64,000 bases of DNA from Octopus vulgaris (taxonomy: Eukaryota): assembly GCA_951406725.2 (NCBI GenBank), contig OX597831.1, forward strand, positions 56,482,001 through 56,546,000. Direction: 5' to 3'. Below the pieces are notes generated by a model, which did not search any database, was not told the DNA's origin, and worked only from the letters and a program-made list of their open reading frames with translations. The translations under genes were made by a program, and so were the position numbers. Shown piece by piece: positions 1 to 12,526 of this stretch. Within the stretch, counting starts at the first letter, position 1, and every line of letters begins with the position of its first letter.

Positions 1-165
1 ACACACATGTAAACTATTTCTCACATTTGCCACATGCAACAGTTTGATATATATTGAATTGAAAACTGAGATAATCTTCTAATTGCAAGGATTATCTCAG
101 TTTTCAATTCAATATATATCAAACTGTTGCATGTGGCAAATGTGAGAAATAGTTTACATGTGTGT
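1..165. repeat. Perfect inverted repeat (76-bp arms, 13-nt spacer; left arm may extend beyond the window)
   Basis: 1-76 is the exact reverse complement of 90-165. Confidence 0.95.
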
Positions 166-338
166 GTGTGTGTCATTTTATGAGCAGAGCAACAATAGAT
201 TTGGATATTTCAATTTAATTTCAGACTTTCACATGAAATTTCCTTTAAACTTTTCAACCAAATATTGGTACCACTTTCTATATTCTAGGGTATGGATACT
301 AGATGAATTGTAGTGCACCTGAGCAAGATCTACCCCTT

Positions 339-607
339 ACTTTAAAAGCAAGATCTACCCTTTCCTGCATTGTCTTTATCTTAAAAAAAAAAAAAAAAGA
401 TTGGTTCAGATGATATTATTCAAGTTACCTCCTTTATTTGCTATTTTTAGACTTCATGCGCTCTCACATAGAACGTTCTATGTGAGAGCGCATAAAATCT
501 AAAAATAGCAACTAAAGGAGGTAACTTGAATAATATCATCTGAACCAATCTTTTTTTTTTTTTAAGATAAAGACAATGCAGGAAGGGGTGGATCTTGCCT
601 TTAAAGT
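339..607. repeat. Near-perfect spacer-less palindrome (about 135-bp arms)
   Basis: Centred on GAAC|GTTC (474/475); 6 substitutions and an A16/T13 length difference between the arms. Confidence 0.95.
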
Positions 608-1314
608 TAACTTTTCTTAATCAGTGTCACTGTTTTAATGATTATTAGATAAGGTTTGTAGCATTTTATTTAAATCTTTTTCCAATTTATTTTATTTGGT
701 TAATCCATTTATGTACTGTTTCAATGACACCAACTTTGAAAGATTTTATATTTATTTATTTAGACAAATAAATAATTATAATATTCAAATACTATTATGC
801 CTGGAGATGGTAATATTTTGTCAAGTAAATACACACTATCTATGGTCTACACTTCAGCTTTATTATTATTATTTTAATTCCTTTGCCAAAGCTCTTTTGA
901 CACACATCCTGTGACCTCTTCACCGACTCTTTATCCCGCTTGTCTCATCTTGTTCTGTTTGTTTCATTTTGTCTTTCTCTGAGAAAGACAAATGGAATAA
1001 GCAGAACAAGAAACACATGGGATAAGCAGTTCTTGAAGAGGTCACAAAATGTGTGACAAAAGAACTTTGACAAAGAAACTAAAATATTAATAATAAAGCC
1101 GAAGTGAAGACCAAACATATATAGTGTGTGTTTAATAGACAAAATATGACTGTCCCCAAAAATAACAATGTCTGTTTCAACACACAATTTCACATAAAGA
1201 ATCTTGCAAATTCAAATGTTCTATCATAAACAGTGTTTGATGCAGTTCACAAGTGTCTGAATTTATATATTTTTAAATACAAACAACAAGCCATTAGTAG
1301 CAGAATATATTTAC

Positions 1315-1432
1315 CACTCTTCACTGAAGACAAGTCTTTTGAAGGTATAGCTGAAGCAACTGGCTGCTCTTCTGAAAAGTTTTCATTTAATATTGCCATA
1401 ATTACAGCATAATCATACTGGCTAAGGCAAAG
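1315..1432 (-). CDS. VPS13: VPS13 exon LCLSQYDYAVIMAILNENFSEEQPVASAIPSKDLSSVKS
   Basis: 118 nt, CAG/GTAAA, phase 0-1. Confidence 0.93.
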
Positions 1433-1781
1433 CTGAAATAATAGAGATATAAAAAAATGAATAATTAGAGAAATAATTAAACCCTATGTGAAATATATTG
1501 CTTTGACACAAAAATTCATTAAAAACAATTGTGAGTGGTGCATGGGTTTATTTAATTTAATTTTTTTATTATTCAGAGGAGAAAAGGAGTCAAAAGAAAG
1601 AGGGAAAATTATCATTAGACTGGAGATATAACTAAATAGTTACAAGAAAATGGACCCTGCTAAAGACATCCAGTGAGGTTTTGCTGTAGTTATGGAAGTA
1701 CATTCACCACAACCTTCATTTCTTCACTTGTTACTCCCTCCCTCTAGGCAATACTGGCAATACAATATAAGTAACACTATT

Positions 1782-1993
1782 AAGGCAACGAGCTGGCAGA
1801 AATGTTAGCATGCTGGGCGAAATGCTTAGTGGTATTTCATCTCTTTATGTTCTGAGTTCAAATTCCGCCGAGGTCGACCTTGCCTTTCATCCTTTTGGGG
1901 TCAATAAATTAAGTACCAGCAGCATAATGAGGTCGATCTAATCGACTGGCTCCCTCCCCCAAAATTTCAGGCCTTGTGCTAAGAGGAGAAAAG
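1782..1993 (+). mobile_element. tRNA-derived SINE, family A (head GAGCTGGCAGAA...GAGTTCAAATTCC)
   Basis: B-box-like GAGTTCAAATTCC; body GAGGTCGAC.TTGCCTTTCATCC; 18-bp TSD AATATAAGTAACACTATT (1764-1781 / 1994-2011). Other copies at about 2075-2150, 2755-2925, 3340-3480, 9610-9815, 16065-16195, 29075-29290, 30050-30262, 56910-57125. Confidence 0.9.
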
Positions 1994-2295
1994 AATATAA
2001 GTAACACTATTGCAGCAATGAAGACTGGGTCTTTGGATATGTTTGTATCACATTCCAGGCAATAATATCTTTGAACTCAGAACGTAAAGACAGATGAAAT
2101 GCTGCTTAGCATTTTGCTTGGCGTGCTAAAGATTCTACCACCTTGTTGCCTTAGGTCTTCCTTTAATATTGCAGTTAAGTCTTGTAGGGCAAAGTTCTAC
2201 TTTAATGCCAGAAGTGGCAGTGACCAACAGTTTCAATTGATCATTAAAGAAAAGAAAAAAAAAAAGATAGCAAAGACGTTTTGAAATTTACTTAC

Positions 2296-2446
2296 AGCTA
2301 AGGCATATTGTTTGCCATCAATACTCATATCTGGTTCCCCATGGTACCAGCCAGCAGACAAGTTCCTGTTAACATTTATACTTAATGTAGCTGGCTCTAG
2401 TAAAAGATATTCTGTGCATATTTTCTTTTCTTCATTCAACATGGCT
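2296..2446 (-). CDS. VPS13: VPS13 exon AMLNEEKKICTEYLLLEPATLSINVNRNLSAGWYHGEPDMSIDGKQYALA
   Basis: 151 nt, CAG/GTAAG, phase 2-0; ORF 2233..2442. Confidence 0.94.
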
Positions 2447-3816
2447 CTGAAAAAGTAAAAGCAAATATATCATTATAGATGACAAAACAATTTCAAATGA
2501 ATAAGAGAATCATGATGTTGTCTATCAAACTGTTGGAAACAAGAAGCCAAACCGCACCTTAACAAAAATAAAAGACACATTGAATGATATAGCCCTGAGA
2601 TATAAAAAGATGGGAAGGTTATGACTGGATGCCCTTTCAAACACTAATTGGTAATAATTAGGAACTAGAGTTGTTATACATTCAGTGTGTATATACAGTA
2701 GTCACAAGGAAAATATTGTTCAACGAAATTCTTGTGCACAACAACTAAAAACAAGGCAGTGAGCTGGCAGAATTGTTAGCACACTGAATGAAATGCTTAG
2801 AGGTATTTCGCCCATTGCTACACTCTGAGTTCAAATTCCTCCAGTCTCAGTGAAACACTGGGGTCAATGTAATCAACTAGTTCCTTCTCCCAAATTTCAG
2901 GCCTTGTGCTTTTAGTAGAAAGGATAATGACAACTAAAAATTAGAGGTAACATTTTCTACCAATAAAATTGGAAGTCAGTTATGTATCAAACATGACTAA
3001 ACTCTACTAAACTGCAGGCTTATTACACAGCCCATCAATTTATCTGTTACAAATACTGAATTAGGCGCTGCATTGGTCAATGCTGACCATACATTGGCAT
3101 ATGTATGTGAAGACCTGGGCAAAATTTCTTCTGAAAGACTGGTAGATGCCCCATGCTTGCAAGTTTCCCCTCTGCATTTTATGGATGCTTATCCAAAATA
3201 AAAGGGTGCAAACTTGGGCCAACACAGCTTGGCACCATATGATCCCAGCTGTTACTGTCAGAAAGCAAGGAGCTGGAATAGATACAGTAAGGTATCTCAC
3301 TAGACCCTCTGAAAATTCTGCCAATCCACTGCCTTTGATTGGTAATTTTTTTTTATTGACTTCAAAAGGATGAAATGCAAACTTGACTTTGGTAGGATTT
3401 GAACTAAGAATGCAGAGAGTCAGAACAAATACTGCAAAACATTCTATCAAATGCTTGAATAGTTCCATCAATTTGCCACCTTACAAATATTGGTATAAGA
3501 CTAACCCTTTTACTGAGGAAAACAGATATTTCCACTCAAGATTTCATTATCCTTAAATCTAGAAAGCAGTTTTATACACCAATCTATTTTTTTGTTGAGG
3601 AAAGTCATGTTTGAAACTATTTTCTGTTGAGATATGTCAAGTTTATTGAGGCAATGCGACTTGCAGAAAACACCACTTCTATCCATTATAAGATATTTAA
3701 ACATCATATTGAAATAACCATGAAATTTAATTTCACATAAACCAATGTTGAAAATGAAATACATATATTTACGCACACACACACAAATATATACATGTTG
3801 AAAAAGAAACACAAAC

Positions 3817-4124
3817 CTTGACACCTTCAGAGAAGTGAGTTGAATACTCATTTTGTCAATAACAGCAGGTTTACCATCTACTGATTTGGCCTCAGCTGAA
3901 TGGAAACTATTGTTGATGTCCAAGTTACCGAGATCGACCAATAAGATGTTGGGAGACTTTGAGTGTTGCGGAACAAGAATAAGAGGTGCTTTCATTTTGA
4001 TGCATAGACTAATTCGACTGGCAGTTTCTTGTAAGTTGGCCACAGTTTCTTTAGAATATTCAGCCATTTTCTCTCCAGCTTCAGAAATTTTTTCTTTAGC
4101 TGCTTGGAATTGGTTTAAGAAACC
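3817..4124 (-). CDS. VPS13: VPS13 exon GFLNQFQAAKEK...KAPLILVPQHSKSPNILLVDLGNL...LTSLKVS
   Basis: 308 nt, CAG/GTTTG, phase 0-2; ORF 3510..4205. Confidence 0.95.
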
Positions 4125-4239
4125 CTGGACATTGATGAAATACAGATTCATTGAAACTTTAAAATTATCAAATGAGTCAGAGAGAGAGACATTACATAAT
4201 AACATGCAAAATTATTGACTTTTAGCATTCTCTGAAAGA

Positions 4240-4400
4240 TATGTGGGTGGGCTGAAAAGTTCACAGGCTGACTATGAAGGAGTGATGCTACAGCTGTGAA
4301 ATACTACATGCATTAATTTCAATGCTTCTTATTAATAACTGCATTGTTTCTTTCAAGGTAAACTGTCATCGGACTTCGAAAGTAACTACCAGTGACTTCT
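4240..4400 (+). mobile_element. Mariner-type terminal fragment
   Basis: TATGTGGGTGGGCTGAAAAGTTC resembles a mariner TIR start; no coding sequence. Confidence 0.45.
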
Positions 4401-4507
4401 CTTACGTGTGCATGTGTGTGTGTGTTAGTGTGTGTATCATCAGTAAATCATAAATCTGAAAGAGAAGCATGCCCTAAGTTATAGAGCAGTAGAGTAATTA
4501 GATAAAT

Positions 4508-4679
4508 ATAGTTATGGCTAGTCTATGAGGTTACCCAGTGTTTCATGTCCATAAAGTGCTTAGTTTTTACAACATCTATTCAGACAACGGCTGGTGGCTA
4601 TTGCCTGAAGAGATGCTGTAAAGCTAAGTGCTTTATAGATGTGAAATCCTGGGTAACCCCATAGACTAGCCATAACTAT
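4508..4679. repeat. Diverged inverted repeat (about 70-bp arms)
   Basis: ATAGTTATGGCTAGTCTATG... / ...CATAGACTAGCCATAACTAT. Confidence 0.9.
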
Positions 4680-5077
4680 CTTTAACTGATTATATAAGAA
4701 ACTTGCTATAACCTAGGTCACAGCAGAAGATACATATGCAAGGTATCATACAGAGGGAGTGAACCTAAAACTGCATTATTGCGAAACAAACTTCTTAATC
4801 ACACAGCTGTGTCTTTGCTTATATATAAGTATATAAGATTACAATCAAGAAATTCTAGTTAAAACAGTAGAAAAACAAGAACTACATCATCAATAATGAG
4901 ATGGATAAAATTAAAATTTAATATGCTTTAATCAATAAATTAATTGCAACTGTTTTATTTCTTAATTTGAATTATCTATTTCTAAGGTCATTTATTTTCC
5001 ACAGCTTGCAGTAATTTGCTAACTCCTTTCTTATTATGTTAGAAAATATTTTTCTATTGGAAATGACCTGACAGAGT

Positions 5078-5490
5078 TTAATCCTTTTGCCTTCAGATTG
5101 CTGTGCCAAATGTAATGTTTATTTATTCACATTGTTTTTGATGATCAATCATACATTATCTTGCAGCTTCAAGATTTCAATGATATGACTGTCTATTTTT
5201 AGAATGATATTATAGGGTAGGTGTGAGAGACCAGATCTGGTTGGTTTGAAAATAAAACAAGTAGAATATTTGGGGCTGGGTATGGCTGGTTTAAATGCTA
5301 AAGAGTTAAGTAAATAAGTTAAACTATTGATAATATCCTCTACAATATTTGCATTAAAGTTTTGAGATTTCGATATGATATGATTATTTATTTTTAGAAT
5401 GACATTATAGGGTAGGTGTGAGAGGTCAGATCTGGCCAGTCTGAACACAAAATAGGTAGAATATTGGTTGGTTTAAATGCTAAATATTTA
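5078..5490. mobile_element. piggyBac-type (TTAA) MITE, one full copy plus a partial tandem copy
   Basis: Homologous to 10762-10989; ends TTTAAATGCTAAAGAGTTAA. Confidence 0.8.
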
Positions 5491-5617
5491 AAAAGTATAA
5501 TAAAATAAAAATTACACTGACTTTTGAAATGCCACTGCATTAACTTAATTGACAATTTATAAAAACCAGGATGGATATTAGAGATAAAAGGGAAAAAAAG
5601 AGCTTTTAGAAACTTAC

Positions 5618-5785
5618 CAATAGCTGATTAACATATTTGTTAAGGAAGACAAATTGCATACATCCTATAGTGACATCAATGCTAGTATCAACGCAAGACA
5701 TGTCAAAGAATTTGTCATCTTTTGTCCCTTCATTGTAAGCAACAATTCCACATTTCAGTACTTCAGAGCCTTTAATTGATAAAAT
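5618..5785 (-). CDS. VPS13: VPS13 exon ILSIKGSEVLKCGIVAYNEGTKDDKFFDMSCVDTSIDVTIGCMQFVFLNKYVNQLL
   Basis: 168 nt, CAG/GTAAG, phase 0-0. Confidence 0.94.
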
Positions 5786-5847
5786 CTGAAAAATTTAATT
5801 GAAATTTAGAAAAAAAACAATAAAACAAATAATTGAACAACTGAAAT

Positions 5848-6806
5848 TATTGGGTTAGCAAGAAAGTAATTTCGGCTTTTTACTGTGAAAGAAAAGGCAT
5901 TTTTTTTTTGATACAAAGAATGAACTTTAATCAGTTATATATTTTTCATTTTGTTCGATGACCCATTACCATCTTTCTGGCAACTTCATGATTCTGCACC
6001 CATAGAACTTCTGGTCCTTAGCCAAAAACTGAAGCAAGTGTGATTTCAGGTCATCATCATTATTGAAAGTTTTACCCTTCAAAGAATTTTGCAAACTTCG
6101 AAATAAATGGTAATCTGATGGTGCAAGGTCAAGGCTATATGGTGGATGTGACATCACTTCCCAACCAAGCACCAATAATTTTTCATGAGTTAGCAAAGAT
6201 GTGTGTGGTCTGGCGTTGTCATGGTGGAATACAATGCCTTTACAATTTGCCAATTCTGGCAGTTTTTCTTTGATTGTTTCCTCTAGTTTCATTAGTTATT
6301 GACAGTAAACATCTGAATTAATCGTTGGATTCCTTGGAAGTAGCTCAAAATACACAACATTTTTGTAATCCCATCAAATTGACAGCATGACCTTTTTTGA
6401 TGCAATTTAACTTTGATGTGGTTTGTGCTGGTTCATTATGCTTGGACCATGATCGTTTCCGATTGATCTTATAGGAGACAATCCATTTTCAATCACCAGT
6501 GAGGATTCACATAAAAAAAAAAAGTCGATTTCATTGTGTTTGAGATGCATATTGTAAATATTGATCTGTTGTGTTAAGTGAATCTCTTTCAATTTATGTG
6601 GAACCCAAATATCGAGCTTCTTAATGAGTCTAAGATATTTTAAGTAATTTTCAGTTGTTGTGTGTGATACATTTAACCTCTCTGCAACCTCTCGTAAATT
6701 TGACAATCAGATTCAATGATGGCTTTGATTTGGTTCATCATCGACTTCAGTAGGTCGACCAGAACATTGGTCATCTTTGAGTGAAAAATCTCCAGAACGG
6801 AATTTG
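5848..6806 (-). mobile_element. Mariner transposon relic (degenerate transposase, 5'-truncated)
   Basis: ORFs 5966..6292 and 6407..6706 carry FHHDNARPH, HPPYSLDLAPSDYHLF and WVPHKL; TIR-like TATTGGGTTAGCAAG at 5848. Confidence 0.93.
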
Positions 6807-7035
6807 TAGCATGCAAGAGAGAAGACTACATTGGTTTGGATATGTGTATGAATGAGGACAGCTGCATAAAGAAGTGATGATCACTGAAAGTGGATGGCAC
6901 TCACAGAAGATGGAGACCGAGGAAGATGTGGGATGAAGTGCTAAGGACCAATCTCAGGAAGTTGGACTTCATGAAGGAAATGACAATGGACTGAGATGTC
7001 TGGTAATAGGATATTCTTGAGAAGACCTGCCCACA
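6807..7035 (+). mobile_element. RTE-clade LINE 3' fragment
   Basis: Degenerate LHWFG...RPRKMWDEV C-terminal peptide. Confidence 0.7.
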
Positions 7036-7084
7036 TCAGCAAAACTAAATTCTAGAAGCACTGTATGTCCCATCCACACTTAAC

Positions 7085-7500
7085 AAGAAAACTTCTGACA
7101 CATTCTACCACAACAAACCAAACTATGTCTTTACATCTCTTCTCTTCCTCGCATTTCTGCTTCATGCACTATGCTTACTTCCCACTCCCCAATCCTGTCC
7201 TCTTGGCCCTGTGCTACTGCATCATTGCTCTCCGCTTGCCCCCGACCTGTGTGTTCTACTCAAATGCCCTGTGTCACTGTATTATTGCTATCTGCTGCTA
7301 GCCTCTGACCTGTGTGTCCTACCAACACATAAGAAAACTTTTCACTCACCATACCCCAACAAACCAATCTACATCTCCACATCTCTTTCTCACAGTTCCT
7401 CCTTCATACACTCTGCTTAGCTCTCACTTCCCATTCCTGTCCTCACGGACCTGTTCCTCTGCATCATTGCTATCTGGTAGCCCTCCCGACTCTCTATATA
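7085..7500. repeat. Diverged local tandem duplication (about 245-bp unit, pyrimidine-rich)
   Basis: AAGAAAACTT...CAACAAACCAA...ACATCTCTT recurs at about 7085 and 7331. Confidence 0.65.
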
Positions 7501-7878
7501 CCCAGGTTTTTTTGCCATATATACTCAGATTTTTCCGGTGCAGGTTTCTGCCTGGCTGGTTCTTGTGAAACCATCCCAGCCATGCTAGCATGGAAGGCGG
7601 ATGTTAAACGAAGATGATGATGATGAGTAACTTTTTTTTATGTATCAGTTTATTGTGTTGGTGTTAACCAAAAAAAAATCTCTTGATATGATTAATACTT
7701 TAATGATATTTTAACAATGATTTCAATTTACATATAAACAATTTAGAATAAGTGGTCATAAACAAGTTGGTATTAAAAGGGTTAATGACTAAAAATTTGG
7801 CGTATATTATGTAAGCATTAAGATATGTGACAGAAAGCCTTTTTCTTCTTATGTATATAAATAAAAGGTCAAACATAC

Positions 7879-7982
7879 TTCAGGATAATAGCAGTGAGCA
7901 TCTGAGTTTAAGATAACAAGATCCTTCAGTTCAGCTCCGATGGTTGTTTTGTCAATTTGAAGACTGACATCAGCATTTATAC
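7879..7982 (-). CDS. VPS13: VPS13 exon INADVSLQIDKTTIGAELKDLVILNSDAHCYYPE
   Basis: 104 nt, TAG/GTATG, phase 1-0; ORF 7849..8112. Confidence 0.92.
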
Positions 7983-9313
7983 CTATTGTAAAACAGAGGT
8001 TAGAAATCTTGACATCTTTAAAAACAGTGTAACAATACATATAAACCAAATATCCAAAATACCTTAAGGTTACAGCAAAACTGAAAGATAAACAAGTTTG
8101 TTTTGCAACCACATGATCTTGGGTTCAATTCCACTCTGTGGTACCATCAGCCTCAGTTTGACTCAAATCTTGTGAGTGAAAATAGGTAGATAGAAACAGC
8201 ACAAACATCTGTCATATGGACTGTAGACATAACTTAAAGGTCAAGCCTTGTCATACTGCATCACACTGATGCAAACTAATTAAAACAAGACATGAAGTGT
8301 GATTCCACTGAAGAATTGTATATTACGAGATGTGTCTGTGGAATATTCAATGGTACAGATGTAATTTCAATGAGCAGATTGCTTAGTTTGTCAAACAACT
8401 GAATACCCATTGTTGAAAACCAACAGAGATTTGTTTTATATATGAACCCAATATCTAAATATTGTAGTGCTGCATATGAGCCAAGTATGTAAAATACTAT
8501 AGTGATAAGCATCATGTGAGATGTTTACTACAGCAACAACATATCTTTAGAATTACATATCCGTAGAATTACACTTATAAAACCCACCACAACATCCAGT
8601 CTACATTGCAATGTGGTGTCTTGTATGCCTCAATGACCTTGAGAGTTATTCCAGTGAAGTGCAAGCTCCTGGTTGGGTCTCTCATACTGAACGGGTCAAA
8701 GGATAAAGGCCAGTCTATTATGGACCACCTCTTCCAAGAGATAAAATGGGTTTGCATAAGGCCAACATCTCCAGCTACAATAAAGCAAAAGTTACAGAAG
8801 CATCAGCGGCAATTCAGAACCAACAAAGCCTGAGAGAGGAAGGCTTAGGGAAACATGACAGGCCACACCTTGAGACAGTCCAGAGTCAAGAACAGTGGAG
8901 AAAAGTTAATGATATACATGAATTTTTACAAGGAAAAGGTTGACAGTGACTTTAAAGTTTTGACTTACTAGCTGTCACCAACTTGTAGTTTAGTTTGGTT
9001 TTTAAGTCTTATATATAGTACTTTTGGTAGGGTACTCCTTTGCTGGTTAGAACAATGTATATGAAAATTAGATGTGGTACAAGTGAGTTTGTAGGCATAA
9101 AAAGAGAAGGGATTGTGTATGAAGTGTGATAGAAGAGAGAAGGAGGTTAGTATATGTTTGTAGGGAGTGGGTGGAGACTACTTCCAATCAATGAAAATAA
9201 ACAGTAGGATCCGCAGAAACTAATAATGGTCATTGTTAGTTTATTATTGTATGCTGAACAGACTAAATAACTGATGAATAAATAATTCTTAGTAAAATAA
9301 TGAGATTACATAC

Positions 9314-9430
9314 CTTTCACCTTGATCTTAGTGATAATTTGAGTTGGTGAGGAAATACCAACAGTAATTGTATCAAGTTGAGCTGTAACTTTGATGTCGA
9401 TGATTTCTTTGTCTCGTAATTTTCCCTTTT
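9314..9430 (-). CDS. VPS13: VPS13 exon KGKLRDKEIIDIKVTAQLDTITVGISSPTQIITKIKVK
   Basis: 117 nt, CAG/GTATG, phase 1-1. Confidence 0.92.
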
Positions 9431-10761
9431 CTGCAAGGTGGGAGAAGAAAAATGTATATATAAAATTGTATATACAAAGTATGACTTGTTTTCATTTTAT
9501 ATACAAAGTATGACTTGTTTTCATAGAATACAAGGTTAATTTTTAGAGGGGTGAGTCAATGTTGTTTAAACTGGCCCCAGTGGACTGCTTGGTATTTATT
9601 TTCAATATTTACATCTACAGAATTGTTAGCAAGCCAGGCAAAATGCCAAATGGCATTTTGTCTGTCTTTATGTTCTGAGTTCAAATTCTACCGAAGTCCA
9701 CTCTCCTTTCTTCCTTTTGAGATTGATAAAAACAGTACCATTTGAGCACTGGGGTCAATGTACTCAATTTAACTCTTCCCTCCAAATTGCTGGCCTTGTG
9801 CCAAATTTTGAAACCAATTTTTATATCTACATCACAGTTTAATTGTTAGGTGCTTTATTCCTTGATATATACATAATGTCAGACTAGATTCAAAGTAGGG
9901 GGCTTTATTTTTAAACTATCCCCTACACTGCCAACTTGTGAATAAATGAGTTTAAAAATAAAGATTTCAAGTTTTAATTCAGTCTGGTACTATGTACATA
10001 ATGAATATTAAGACACCAGATGACAATCAGGGATCAGGCATCCAGCTGTAGAAACTCTGCCAGATCAGATTGGAGTCTGGTGTAGCCATCTGGTTCACCA
10101 GACCTCAGTCAAATCGTCCAACCCATACTAGCATGGAAAGCGGACGTTAAACGATGATGATGATGACATAAAACAGTATGTATTAGAAAACCTGAAATAA
10201 ATCTAAAGTAGTTAACCTACAGTTTTGAGCTGTGGAACTTTAAAACAAATATGAACACATCTTCATATACTGAAATATAAAGATTGTTCTGATGTGATAA
10301 AGGTGCATGGCCTAGTGGTTAGAGTGTTGCACTCAAGATTACAAGATTATGGTTTCAAATCTCGGTCCAGGAATTGAAACCACAATCTTACAGTCATTGT
10401 GTTCCTCAGTAAAATGCATCATTTCAAGTAGCTCCAACCCTTTTAGCTATAAATGAGTTACCTTGACATCCTGTTCAGTGGGGAATGCTATGTCAGTCAC
10501 TTATACACTCTGGATACCATATAAATCAGCTTTATCAGCCTTAGGACTCAAAACAATACATCAGTGATATGTTACATTGTTACATGGCTCATTGACTACT
10601 TATCAGAGGACAAGTGCCCACTGAATTCTTCTGCCCATTGTGTATACATAAACAATGTAAAAAGTTTTCATTTCTAAGTGTAGTTAGTTGCTTGAAAAAC
10701 TATAATGTTATTCTCATCAGCTTAACTCACATATTTGAACACTAGATGTACAATAGAGGCT

Positions 10762-10989
10762 TTAACCCTTTAGCATTCAGATTACTCTATCAAATGCAAT
10801 GTTTATTCATTCACATTGGCTTGAATTCATCTTGCATTATCTTGTAACTTCAAGATTTCAAAACTGTGACTGTTCAGTTTCAGAATGACATTGCAGGGTA
10901 GGTGTGAGAGGACAGAACCAGTCAGCTTGAACATAAAACAGATAGAATATCTGGGTCAGAAAAGGCCGGTTTAAATGTGAAAGGGTTAA
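10762..10989. mobile_element. piggyBac-type (TTAA) MITE, about 228 bp
   Basis: TTAACCCTTTAGCATT ... AATGTGAAAGGGTTAA; TTAA flanks with CCC/GGG termini. Confidence 0.88.
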
Positions 10990-11321
10990 AAAGATTAGTT
11001 TTTGGCTGTCATAAAATTTTGAATGACTAACTTCACTGCCTATTTTCTTAGGGCATTCACTAAAAAAAAAATGCTTTAACCAGAAAGAGCCTTACAAACC
11101 ATAATTGTAGAATGATATTTAAACATGTCCGTAATTTCGTTTTCTTACATATCAACTCCTAAACTTTTAGAGTAACATAAGAATTCTAACAGTCCTGTGT
11201 AGGAATTAGTAACACTTTCAAGTGCAGTTATACTGGTACATCAAAAGATCATATTAAACTTTGAATTAACTGTTAATATATTCCTTAAAAGCCAGTTAAT
11301 AATTAATTTAATCATTAATAA

Positions 11322-11725
11322 TACTCTTTACTCTTTTACTTGTTTCAGTCATTTGACTGCGCCCATGCTGGAGTACCGCCTTTAGTCGAGAAAATCGACC
11401 CCAGGACTTATTCTTTGGAAGCCTAGTACTTATTCTATCGGTCTCTTTTGCTGAACTGCTAAGTTACGGGGACGTGAACACACCAGCATCGGTTGTCAAG
11501 CAATGTTGGGGGGATAAATAGACACACAAACATATACACACACACACACACACATATATATATGATGGGCTTCTTTCAGTTTCTGTCTACCAAATCCACT
11601 CACAAGGCTTTGGTTGGCCCGAGGCTATAGTAGAAGACACTTGCCCAAGGTGCCATGCAGTGGGAATGAACCTGGAACCATGCGGTTGGTAAGCAAGCTA
11701 CTTACCACACAGCCACTCCTGCACC
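11322..11725 (-). mobile_element. tRNA-derived SINE, family B (internal microsatellite, AGAGTA-type tail)
   Basis: Minus-strand head GGAGTGGCTGTGTGGTAAG...GGTTCA(G/T)TCCC. Other copies at about 27325-27500, 35262-35336, 40145-40403, 40618-40948, 41205-41452, 50480-50836, 50987-51387, 55360-55683. Confidence 0.9.
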
Positions 11726-12231
11726 TAATGTTAATTAGAAATTAGTAATATTTATTAACAAGAAATAAAGGACATAATATCACTCAGACAAAGTTCCCCA
11801 CCCCACTCTCATTCACGAAGTGATGGTGTAACTATATGAATGTAAGATTGGATATATTTTTCAAATGGCTTCCTTATTGATGAAATTTTAGGTTTTGACA
11901 AGGAAAGGACGAAGCTTCTTAGCACAAATTGTAAGTTTTATCTCTTTCAATACAAAACTGCCCAAGACTGCCCATGGATCTAAGATACAAACTTTCTATT
12001 TTAAATTAACCTAAATTAAATCTTTCCACAGAAATATCATATTAATTTATGTTCCAAACACCGTTTAATAATGATAAAGTTATTTTACTAACTTCTTCAT
12101 TATTACCAAAATTATAACAAAGGCAGTGTATTTTAACAGGAATTTGTTAATAAAAGGGTTAAATAAAAAAGGTAAATAAATAAACACAATTAAAAACAAA
12201 TGTATGTGTATTCATGACAGTAAAATCTTAC

Positions 12232-12526
12232 TCTTGGCAACAGGCTTCTTTTCAGGTTCTTTTTTAGCTTCTTTTGCTTTTTTATCACTTTGAGAAACAA
12301 CAGATTGCGAAGCTGTAGCAGATTTTTCTGTAATCACAGATTGCGAAAGCCCAGGAGATTTTTCTACAGAGTCACTGGGTTCAGGTGGTGCTAGTTGCTG
12401 AGCAAATTGCATGAGGTCAATTATTGCAGTTTGGTCAAGTAGTAGTTCTAGCATGGAGAAAGAGACTGATATTGATTGTTCAGTGTTCTTGTAAACTATT
12501 TTGAAGTCAGGAGCATCAAGGTTAGC
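12232..12526 (-). CDS. VPS13: VPS13 exon ANLDAPDFKIVYKNTEQSISVSFSMLELLLDQTA...KKPVAK
   Basis: 295 nt, CAG/GTAAG, phase 0-1; ORF 12212..12454. Confidence 0.93.

Noticed and set aside
3853-4218. 121-aa plus-strand ORF
   Set aside because: Antisense shadow of VPS13 exon 3817-4124.
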